This document shows positions 22,440-31,805 of a DNA stretch of 32,000 nucleotides, in pieces (the first letter of the stretch is position 1; every line of letters begins with the position of its first letter). Position numbers and translations under genes: made by a program. The stretch is taken from the NCBI GenBank assembly GCA_042852035.1, contig BAAFHK010000001.1, forward strand, positions 690,001-722,000, read 5' to 3'. The notes below the pieces were generated by a model. That model was not told where the DNA came from. It did no database searches and saw only the letters and a list, made by a program, of their open reading frames with translations. This stretch comes from Candidatus Saccharimonadota bacterium. GTDB lineage: Bacteria; Patescibacteriota; Gracilibacteria; BD1-5; UBA2023.

Positions 22440-23066
22440 ATGAATTATTTCATTCACTCACATAAGTGAGCCACCATGGTTGAGCTCATGGCCGCTCTTG
22501 GGATTCTTTCGCTTGGAATCACTGCCCTGCTACAAACTCTTGGCTGAGGAATACGCTATGCGAATGATACTGAAAACAATATTAAAGCCATTAATATAGC
22601 AAGAGAAGGAGTAGAAGCTATGATAAACATCAGGGACACAAATTGGCTTCGTTTTTCGAGCGATAGAACCAATTGTTGGATAGTTAAAAATTATGATGCT
22701 ACCTGTATTGGAGATACAACTCCTCCCGAAATAGCTTCAGGTGCATATACTGTAGTGTCATTGAATGGGGCATGGTATCTCTCCTGAGCAGTAAATGGAA
22801 TTAATCCCATAACAAACTGGACCACCTATAAGCAGGTATTTCGCGTTGGAATAGATAGTGCATGATTTTTTACTCAGACTGGAGTATCTGCCACAGCCTG
22901 TTCATCAACCATACAAAAAAATTGCCTTACTATCTTTACAAGAGAGGTAAATGTCACAGTCACTCCAGGAAATATGCTCGTCCAAAGTATTGCTCGATGG
23001 AATCAAGAAAGACCAAGAAGTGTCATAATTGAAACGAATCTTACAAATTGGAAATCTCGTTTTTAA
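22440..23066 (+). CDS. Type IV pilin-like protein / pseudopilin (208 aa)
   Basis: Class III signal peptide MNYFIHSHKG|ATMVELMAALGILSLGITALLQTL, with Gly at -1 (encoded by TGA) and Glu at +5. It starts 7 nt after the preceding gene and lies downstream of pilD. Confidence 0.75.
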
Positions 23067-23078
23067 GTTACCTTATTT

Positions 23079-23107
23079 AAAAATCCCCACTCAAGGTGGG
23101 GATTTTT
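23079..23107 (+). terminator. Rho-independent terminator
   Basis: An 11-bp stem AAAAATCCCCA / TGGGGATTTTT with a 7-nt loop, 13 nt after the pseudopilin stop. Confidence 0.7.
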
Positions 23108-23164
23108 AAATATTTGCCAATTAATAAAAGATATGCTATTCTTTAAAAAAATAAATACAAATAC

Positions 23165-24625
23165 ATGTCCCCCCTCACTCGAAATCTATCACGAGCCCTT
23201 ATAACAATATGGATCATAAATTGCGCCCTTGCTTTTACTATTGCGATTAAACAAGTCTGGATTCCCTATATGAACGCTGGGAATGAACCCTATTCAAATA
23301 TAGTATCGCCCCCATTCGATGGCACAATAATGCCCATACTCTATGTTCCTGATTGGACAAAAACTGAGAATCAGGATAAATCAAAAAGATTTGAAGATAT
23401 AAGCATAAGTGAATATATTCCTATTCCTCAATATGATGCTCTGGCATTGCTTGATTCCAATAGTGCCTCAAAATCAAGTACCATTTTAAGGTACACCTAT
23501 TTTACTCCTTATATGGGGTCTTATAATCTTGATTATAAGGAACATGTCTGAGGTCATCTCGGTATAGACATACGTGCACCCATCTGAACCCCAGTTCTCA
23601 GTATTGCAAATGGTGTTGTTGTTCGAACTGTTGAAGCGGATAGCTCATGAAATAAGTTTATTGTTGTAAGGCATGATAATATCCCACTAGAAGGTGGGAA
23701 AAAATCACTTTACTCGTGATATCTGCACCTATCAGAAATTCTTGTAAAAGAAGGAGACATTGTTAGAAAATGAGATATGATTGGCCGCGTTTGACTTACC
23801 GGAATTACTACGACACCACACCTTCATTTTCAAATCGATACCCCTGATGCACCATTTCATCCATATTGGCACTTCACGAGCACCGAGGCTAGAAATGCAA
23901 AACTGAATTTTTTTGAAGCAATTAATGCTGGACTAAATAAGGATAAAGCAGAAAAATATACAATTCACCCTCTGAATTTTATAAGCATGTACCTCTGAGG
24001 CGTTTCCGAAAATGAAAAAAATACCCCTCTTATTTCATCCAGCAAAGAAACTGAACCTACCCAATCAAAAACAATAGCTGCCTATATTTCAGAAAACGAG
24101 GAAAATTGTATTTGAAAACGATTTTCAGACGTTTCTGAGAAATCATCATTTGGTAAACTCCTTTATCCACTTCTAGACAGAAAATGCATTTTTCAAGAAG
24201 GCAAAGAGACATTTAATGCAAGAGAAAGTCTCACATTTCGTGAAGCACTCATAAATACAATGAGATTTTATGACATTGCTCCAACAAATGGCACAAGTCA
24301 TTTTCTCGATATCCCTATCTGAGATAGCATGCAATGATATGCACTAGTGGCTCATAGAAAGTGAATACTTACAGGAAGTCATGCTCATCCAGAGCATATC
24401 ATGACACGAGAAGAATTGGTGGACCTGATAATAAAAGTTTCCGATGCCCCAAAGAATCCATCCCAGATTCGCATTTATCCAGATGTTGATACAATGAATC
24501 CTTACTATAATCAAATTCAGGATTATGCGTTTCTCACAAAAGATCGATGAGGTAGGTTCTATCCAAAAAATATCGTTACGCGCTGAGTTTTTCTTCAGAT
24601 GCTCTCTCAGACAAATAAAAACTAG
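23165..24625 (+). CDS. M23/LytM metallopeptidase with three C-terminal SLH-like repeats (486 aa)
   Basis: Extends track ORF 23165..23551 through TGA codons to TAG 24623-24625. TM helix: ALITIWIINCALAFTIAI. M23 motifs: GGHLGIDIRAPIGTPVLSIANGVV...FIVVRHDN...LYSGYLHLSEILVKEGDIVRKGDMIGRVGLTGITTTPHLHFQI. SLH-like repeats: RFSDVSEKSSFGKLLYPLL...LTFREAL; HFLDIPIGDSMQGYALVAHRKGILTG...MTREELVDLI; YPDVDTMNPYYNQIQDYAFL...VTRGVFLQML. Confidence 0.8.
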
Positions 24626-24684
24626 ATTTCAGTGGAGAAATCGGTATATTATTAAGGATAATTATCGGCTTTCAATTTTAAAAT

Positions 24685-26148
24685 ATGGCATCACGTAAAA
24701 TAATTTTTCTTATTGCTGTAGGGATTCTCTGATTGCTTATCATTCTTGGAGTCGTTACTCTTGCAAACAAACAAGAGAATAATCAAAATAGTAAAGTTGA
24801 AAGTCTTTCTATTTGGGTTGTATGAGGCACAACTGAAGAATATCTAAAAATATTTGCCTGATTTAATGAGCTCTGAGCAATGTATAAAAATACACTTTTA
24901 GATGTTCGGGTATTTCCAAGTTATTCCAGCTATCGTGAAACCCTTCTTGCTACCCTTGATATCTGAAAGGGTCCAGATGTCTTTATGATAGAATGAGATG
25001 GTGATGAAGTTCTAGCATCAAAATCAGTTCCCGTGCCTGAGCCATACGTTAATCTTTCAGACTTTGAAAAACGATATGATGACATCTTCCTTCCCCTTCT
25101 TGGAACTATGGGCGAAGGAGAAACTCTAGCAAAAACAATAAAAGGCGTACCTCTTGGATATGAAACTCTTTGAGTTTTCTATAACAAGGCTTATTTCCCA
25201 AGTATACCAAAAACATGGAATGATATTGGACTTCTTTATAGTAGCAATAAAAGTTACTTCCCTGTTAATATTTGACTTTGACCGAGATACACACCCGATG
25301 CTACCGATATAATTGCATATTTTTTTCTTAAAAATTGAGTCCACGAAACAAAAGATCTCCCGAATGCTGGGAGTGCGCTTGAGGAATACTTACGTTATGG
25401 TAACACTGAAAAATCTGCCCCTATTTCTCCTGTTGATGATACAGTTACTGCGATCGAAAATACAACTGATACAGTGGAAAATCTCACCGATACAGCCATT
25501 ACTGTTTGACCAAAAATAGAGGAACACTGAGAAGCTCTTATCTGAATGAAGGATGAGTATGACGAAACATGACATTCCACTATTGACTCTTTTATGAGAG
25601 GAAAAATAGGTATGGTTATCGGATTCCCGAGCACAATTCGTGAAATCGAAAAAGCACAGAAACGAGCCTGAGAAAGCGCTGTAACAAGTCTTATACTTAC
25701 CGAAAGGATTCCACAGAACTCTCTCTGAAAGTCTCGTCTCAATATAGCACGGTATAAATACCTTGCAGTGTCTGCAAAGTCAGCAAATCCAAAAGCTGCA
25801 GCTGACTTCTTGAGTTATCTCATGAATCAAAAGACTCTCTCAATGGCAGTCGATGTCTTTCCCTACCTTATTTCACCGGATAGAACTATCAGTCAAACAC
25901 AATGACAAAAAAGTCTTTCAACACTTTTTACTCGTGCATATCTGGGAGCCTTTATTCCTGAAGATGGAGAGTCTTTATTCGTATATAATTATTGAGTAAA
26001 GAATGAATATGAAAAAATATTCGAAGAATACCTTGACAGAAAAAATAAAATTGATATTAATAATACATTAACTCGCGTAAAAGATGCTGTAGAATGCAAA
26101 ATAGAAAGTACTGTATGATGAATTCTCAGTGATAAGTGTCTCAAGTAG
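24685..26148 (+). CDS. Membrane-anchored extracellular solute-binding protein-like (SBP family 1-like), orphan (487 aa)
   Basis: ATG 24685 to TAG 26146-26148 (TGA=Gly). N-terminal anchor: IIFLIAVGILGLLIILGVV. SBP-like opening: LSIWVVGGTTEEYLKIFAGFNELGAMYKNTLLDVRVFPSYSSYRETLLATLDIGKGPDVFMIEGD, then GVPLGYETLGVFYNKAYF. No permease or ATPase genes are adjacent. Confidence 0.65.
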
Positions 26149-26161
26149 AATTTTTGGAAAT

Positions 26162-26190
26162 TTGCATTATTTCTCCTCATCTGCTACACT
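26162..26190 (+). promoter_or_regulatory. Putative sigma70-type promoter with leaderless geometry (TTGCAT-17 nt-TACACT-6 nt-ATG)
   Basis: TTGCAT at 26162-26167, TACACT at 26185-26190, ATG at 26197. Confidence 0.5.
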
Positions 26191-26196
26191 GATACT

Positions 26197-26631
26197 ATGA
26201 AAAAAGTTATAACATCTCTCCTTCTCGGAACACTTATCAGCCTTTCTCTTTTGGTACAATGAGCTCAGGCTGCTGGTTGCTGGTTTCAATTCACTTGTAG
26301 CCAAACAGATCCTGCTCAAATTGAAACCTGCAGTAATGGAACTTGTACTATTCAATGATGAGCCACTGTTGCATCGAATGCAGTAGGAGATCTTTTATCA
26401 AAAAAGAAAATTGAAGTATTTGTAGCAGATACTGTAAAATATTTTCTCTCTTTTGTTGCACTCATTGCTGTTGTATACTTTATCTACGCATGATTCCAAC
26501 TCATGGTGAGTGGTTGAGATGAAGAGAAGGCTAAAAAAACTCGAAAGATTATGATCTATGTTATTGTTGGAATTATTCTCATTTGGGTTTCCTATTGGCT
26601 TGTTGCAATCGTTATAAATTCACTTACTTAG
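26197..26631 (+). CDS. Small secreted membrane protein resembling TrbC/VirB2-type (T4SS-pilin-like) proteins common in CPR (144 aa)
   Basis: Signal peptide MKKVITSLLLGTLISLSLLVQGAQA. Four-Cys segment CWFQFTCSQTDPAQIETCSNGTC. Then two hydrophobic helices bracketing a charged loop: FLSFVALIAVVYFIYAGFQLMVSGGDEEKAKKTRKIMIYVIVGIILIWVSYWLVAIV. The family call rests on architecture only. Confidence 0.6.
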
Positions 26632-26649
26632 TTCCTCGGATATACTTTT

Positions 26650-29600
26650 ATGTTCTACATTTCCCAAAAGAAATCTACTGCCCTAAAAAGCCTCCTCCTT
26701 ATAGGAGTTTTTTTACTTCAAACAATCCTCCCTCTTATACCTAGGGCGATTGCTTATGAGAGCACTGATGATACATTTATATACTACAAACAAAAAATTG
26801 AGGGACTTCTTCAGGACCTGGAAAGAGAGTTTCGCGTCAATAACTCCGTAACTGATGCATCCATAAATAATATACGGAAGATGGTTCAGGAGGCCTACTA
26901 TCGACTTCCTGATAGAGGTGATTTTGCAAACGCAAATAGTGGAATAGAGAAATCTGTTGAACTCTATCTCGATCTTGCGCAAAAAAATAAATCAAGCCAG
27001 ACTTTTGTCTCAAATGCAGCAACTCAAACGGCTCGATTTCTCTACGAAGCAAAAATTGAGCAAATTACAGGAACAATCACCGCCAATCCTACAAACGGAA
27101 ATGCTCCGTTAACTACATCATTTTTTGCAACCGCTAAAGATCCATCGTGAGTAATTATTCCAGATGGAAATTACATATGGTGGATGCGAGAAAGAGGCTG
27201 AAACAGAAAGGAGCTCTGAAGGTGACCCCTCCTTACTTATACATTTTCGAAAGAAGGAAACTATCAGGTATTTCTTGATGTTGTATCAGACAGTAGAAAT
27301 AGTAAATGAAAGATTGATGTTCTTCCTCTTACCACCTCTCAAGACATAGAAGTACGTCCTCGACTCTGAAACGTAATCCTCCTTGTAAATGGGGTTAATG
27401 TGAGCAATCTCGATCAAATCAAAATAAGTCCTGCCGTTTGAAAAATTGGAGTACTTTTTGATGCTACTGCATCTAGGGCTGTGAGTAATGGCGTTATTTC
27501 AAAAACTGAATGGGATTTTTGAAATGGAAATACCTCAAAATATGATGGTCCACCAATTGTTGAAAGACAAATCTTTTCCAACGAATGATCATATAGAGTT
27601 GTTTTGAATATAACCAGCAACCAATGACAGCCATTTAAAAAAGAAATAACTTTAGTAGTCAGAGACCCCTCAGCCGTGATAACTGCTGATAAAGAATCGG
27701 CATTTCTCTGAGAAGAAATTCGAATGTCAGCAAAAACCTACTTGTCCAATACTGCAAATGTAGAATATAATTGGCAGGTTCAGGATGACATCGGAAAGAA
27801 AGTAATAGTAAGCCAAGAAGGGTCAACTTTTACTTATAAGTTCCAAAAAGTTGGACAATATGTTATTACTCTTACTTCAAGAAGCCCAAATGGGAATACA
27901 GATACCGATTCAAGAACCATTACTATAGAATCTCATGCCCCAACGGTTAATCTCGATACTCCAACTCCAATAAGCAAAGAAAAACCAAATGTTATAGTAT
28001 TTGATGCATCTAGAAGTTTTGATCTCGATACGAAAAGTGCCCGTTGACTCACTTATACTTGGATTATCGATGGTGAAAAAGTTAACCTTGATAATGTAAC
28101 AAATGATTGAGGAAAAGGTACCTATACCTTTACTCAAAAATGACAACATACTGTGTCACTAACCGTTGCAAATACCTATGGTAAGGTTACTACGATTGAT
28201 AAAACTTTTGAAGTTACTTCCCTGCTCACTGTTTGAGTGAATATAAGTCCGCGTGCGGCACCAATAGGAACGGCAATATCTTTTCAGGCTCGAGCCCCAG
28301 AAGCTAGTTTTTACGAATGGGATTTTGGTGATGGAAGTGCTCCCGTAAATGGAAATCTTGATTCTATAGAGCACATATATAATAAAACTGGGGTTTACAC
28401 CGTAACACTCCATGTAAAAAATATAAATTGAACTGAGGAGAATCTTATTTCACGTACCATTTATATCACTGATACTGATAGTCCATTCGCACTTATTGAT
28501 ATTAGTAATGGCTCAAATACGATTGCTGAAAACCCAAATGGGTGTGAAGCAAGCGGTACAGGTTGATCTTTTATGATTAACCGATCAGAAAATACTAAAA
28601 TTGATGGAGCTAAGTCAGTAAATGTCGATGGAAATACTTCATGACTGAGCTATACATGGAGATACATGTGAAGGGTAAAAACAGGATCGTCTCTTTATGA
28701 GAAATTTACAGAACTCTGATGCTTTCCGATTGAGCTCACTGTTCGAAGTGAGAAAAACGGATCATCTCATACTACAAAAAGATTTCTCGAAATCAGAAAC
28801 ATGCCACCGAAACTTACTTCAATTACTTCAAACGTAGATTCAACAAAGAAGGATTCACAAAAACTTATCGCAACGGTAAATGCTAATGGCGCAAAAGATG
28901 AAGATGGAGTTATAACATCCTATGTATGGTACTATACCACTGAAAGCGATAGCGAGAAACAAAATGTTAAAATTACTCAGCTTCCAACAACTTCTTTCGT
29001 GCTCCCAAATATCTCAGAAAAATACTACTTTTGAGTAATTCTCGAAGATAATGACGGGGCTCGTGTCGACAGCACTGATACTCTTGCTGAACAAATACCT
29101 CTTATTACTTCAAATGATGAGGCCAACATTAATATGCCCCTTATCAACTTAAGCGTTGATAAAACTCAAGCACTTACAGATGAAACAATAAACTTTTCCG
29201 TTTCAGCAAAGAATATACTCGGAGCAGACATAACCGGAAAGAGTGAGTATTACTGGGATTTCGATGGTGATGGACACACCGATAAGAGAAGCTCTGAGGC
29301 TACCGCTTCATATGCATACAAAAATTCTGGAAGATATAATATGAAGGTAAAGGTTGTAAATAATGGTGTCTCAAACACAAAATACCAAGTAGTATATGTA
29401 AAAAATGAACTTAAAGCATCCATAAAATGATATCGCTATGGAAATGCTGTCTATTTTATCAACACAAGCAAGTGATCTTATGATAAAGTAGAATGGCAGT
29501 ATGGAACAAACGTATCCGAAAATCAGTACTCTTTTATGCTTCCTTGGCCAATGAGTACCTGAAGTGGTCAAGTTGGTACTTTTACAGTAAAAGCATGAAC

Positions 29601-31725
29601 GAGTGAAGTATCGAGCACTGAAATATCTGAAAGCATAGTCGAAGAGACGCCAAAGCCTGAAGATGGTATTTCAATTCAAACATTTCCAATCATCCAAAGC
29701 GGAACACTACTAGTACAAGGAGCTGGAGAAAAAATACTCCTGAGTGCCTTCGGAAATAATGCAAAGGAATATGCAATAGATATCGATACAAAAATTGACA
29801 GCGATCTCGATGGTATTCCTGACAATGATAAAGATAATAAAGATACACCGTCATTTACTGATGGAAGTGTATTTGCGATTACAAACCTCGAAAGCGTAAA
29901 AACGAGAAATCGAGAAGTAAAGATAAGCCTTATTTGAGATGATTGAGCTACAATTGCTGTTAAAAAAATACCAGTCGTATTTAGCTATATTCCTGGAAAT
30001 AATACCGACACAACTGATTTAACATCTACATGAATTGTAGAGTCATTTAGTGCTATCGATAAAGAAAATCTCGAACAGTTACAATCAAAAATTCGCTCTC
30101 TAGAGTCCGACGATAGGATTATATTTACTCAAAAATACAACACACTCATTGAAAATTGGAGTGACCTCTACGAACGAACTCAGAATCTTCTCGAAATCCA
30201 AAAGGAGGTCGATGAAAGTGCCACTCTAGATGATAAAACAAAGGAGGATCTTTCAAAACTTATTGATATAATTCTTGTAGGAGATGCGCAAGCAACAAAT
30301 GAAATTAGTGTTGCAAGTAGAGTAATAGAATGAATGATTAAACTCGATAATCCTGATAGGGACTATATAATTGAACGACTGGAACAAATTAAAGCTCATC
30401 CAGCAAATCTAGCAGAAAATAAAGCTCTCTGAAAAGAAATCCTACTCAAGGTAGAATGAGATTCAAATCTTTCAAATGCTGATAAACTTCTCTTAAAGAG
30501 TCAACTTCAGATTATAGTAAATGGATGACAAGAAAGCATTCCTGCTGATGAAGTTATAGTACCAGTCGCAGAAACTTGATGAAGTGGTTGATTTTTTGGA
30601 TTCATCAAGGGGGCTCTGATAATTTTTTGAGTACTTATTGCTATAATACTTGGACTTGTTTTAATTGGATATATTTTCTACAGGCTTTCTCGAAAGAAAA
30701 ATGCTGATATGGGGTTTCAGGATTTTCTTATTGATTCCATCGCACATAATAAGACTACCTCTAAAGAAGCTATTCGAAAAGAAGCTGAAACCACTGTAAA
30801 AGCAGTTGAATTGAAACCAACTGATTCATCTAATATCATCAACCCAGTACATGATCCTCTACAAAATTCAGCTCCAACCTCCCCTCTAAATAATATTCCA
30901 TCTCCTGTTCCTGTATTTAAAGAAGAACCTCTCAGTCAGAAAAATACAACTCCTGTGGCATCACCTTTTGATCCTCTTAATTCAGGGAGCAAAGTAGATC
31001 CCCTTGCAGAGATTCATGAAGAAAAAAAGACTGAATCATTTGAAAAAAATACACCTGAATCAGGTTCAGTAGACCTTAATACAAACCAAAAGAATCCAGA
31101 AGAAGTCACGGAAAAATCAGCAGATGACCAAAGTGAAATCCCTGACTGGCTTAAGCCACTACCAAAAAATTCTTCAAAGAATCTAGACGATACTCAAATA
31201 TCTAAGTCAGAAGAAAATAATGAACCAAAAACAGAAACAACTGTAACAACCGATAAGAGTTCTATCTTATGACCCCAAGTTGACTCAACAAAAACTGAGG
31301 AAACATCATCCACCAAAGAAGAAAATCCCCCTTCACCATCAAGTAGTGATGCTACTCTAGGAAGGCCTGATAGCCCATTAGAGAATAGTGATGAAGAATT
31401 AGTACCTGATTGGCTTAAGCCCCTAGGAGACTCCTCTGAAATAGTCAATGGAGACAGTCCTTCCCTCCTTCCAATGAATGACGTTAATAGCCCTTCGGAT
31501 GATTATTCGCCTTTAATCGAAGAAACTCCTGCTGCGAGTGCGGAACTTCCAGAATGGCTTAAGGCATCGGCTTCAAATATTTCTCCTGAAGAAAAGAAGG
31601 ATAAAAAACCTGTGGAAACAAAAAAGAAAAAAGGAATAAAAAAAGCCCCAACAGCTCAAAAAGATGAAGATATCCAGCCTGAAAAAAAGATGGATAATCA
31701 AGATATTCCAGATTGGTTAAAATAA
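26650..31725 (+). CDS. Giant surface protein (1,691 aa): signal/anchor, helical N-domain, about 8 PKD-like Ig domains, helical stalk, one TM helix, low-complexity tail with four P[DE]WLK motifs
   Basis: Seven track ORFs (26650, 27724, 28237, 28801, 29134, 30709, 31474) share one frame and join through TGA=Gly with no TAA/TAG. PKD signatures: NPTNGNAPLTTSFFATAKDPSG...TYTFSKEGNYQVFLDV; FYEWDFGDGSAPVNG...HIYNKTGVYTVTLHV; EYYWDFDGDGHTDKRSSEATASYAYKNSGRYNMKVKV. TM helix: FIKGALIIFGVLIAIILGLVLIGYIFY (about 30600-30690). Confidence 0.85.
31141..31722 (+). repeat. Four dispersed P-[DE]-W-L-K short linear motifs in the post-TM tail of the PKD protein
   Basis: EIPDWLKPL (cct gac tgg ctt aag, 31141-31155). 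LVPDWLKPL (31405-31419). LPEWLKAS (31549-31563). IPDWLK-stop (31708-31722, the extreme C-terminus). Confidence 0.8.
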
Positions 31726-31753
31726 AAAATCCCCCTCATTCATGGGGGATTTT
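31726..31753 (+). terminator. Rho-independent terminator
   Basis: A 10-bp stem AAAAATCCCCC / GGGGGATTTT with an 8-nt loop, immediately after the TAA of the PKD gene and followed by a T-rich run. Confidence 0.7.
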
Positions 31754-31755
31754 GT

Positions 31756-31783
31756 TTGACGGGATAAATGAATATGATATACT
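31756..31783 (+). promoter_or_regulatory. Putative sigma70-type promoter (TTGACG-16 nt-TATACT)
   Basis: TTGACG at 31756-31761 and TATACT at 31778-31783. The ATG at 31806 lies 22 nt downstream. Confidence 0.35.
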
Positions 31784-31805
31784 CTATTGTATAAATACTC
31801 CATTT

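Noticed and set aside
7876-25742. Other sizeable track ORFs: 7876..8121(-), 8137..8358(-), 10601..10831(-), 12182..12430(-), 12870..13154(+), 13117..13398(-), 14564..14794(-), 17290..17544(+), 19485..19715(+), 21336..21633(-), 25395..25742(-), 26713..27052(-), 27910..28413(-), 31194..31448(-).
   Set aside because: Each is off-frame or antisense within a longer code-25 gene whose frame carries recognisable family motifs (GW-motif protein, sugar transferase, valS, M23, pilD, SBP, PKD protein). Their translations are low-complexity or hydrophobic nonsense.
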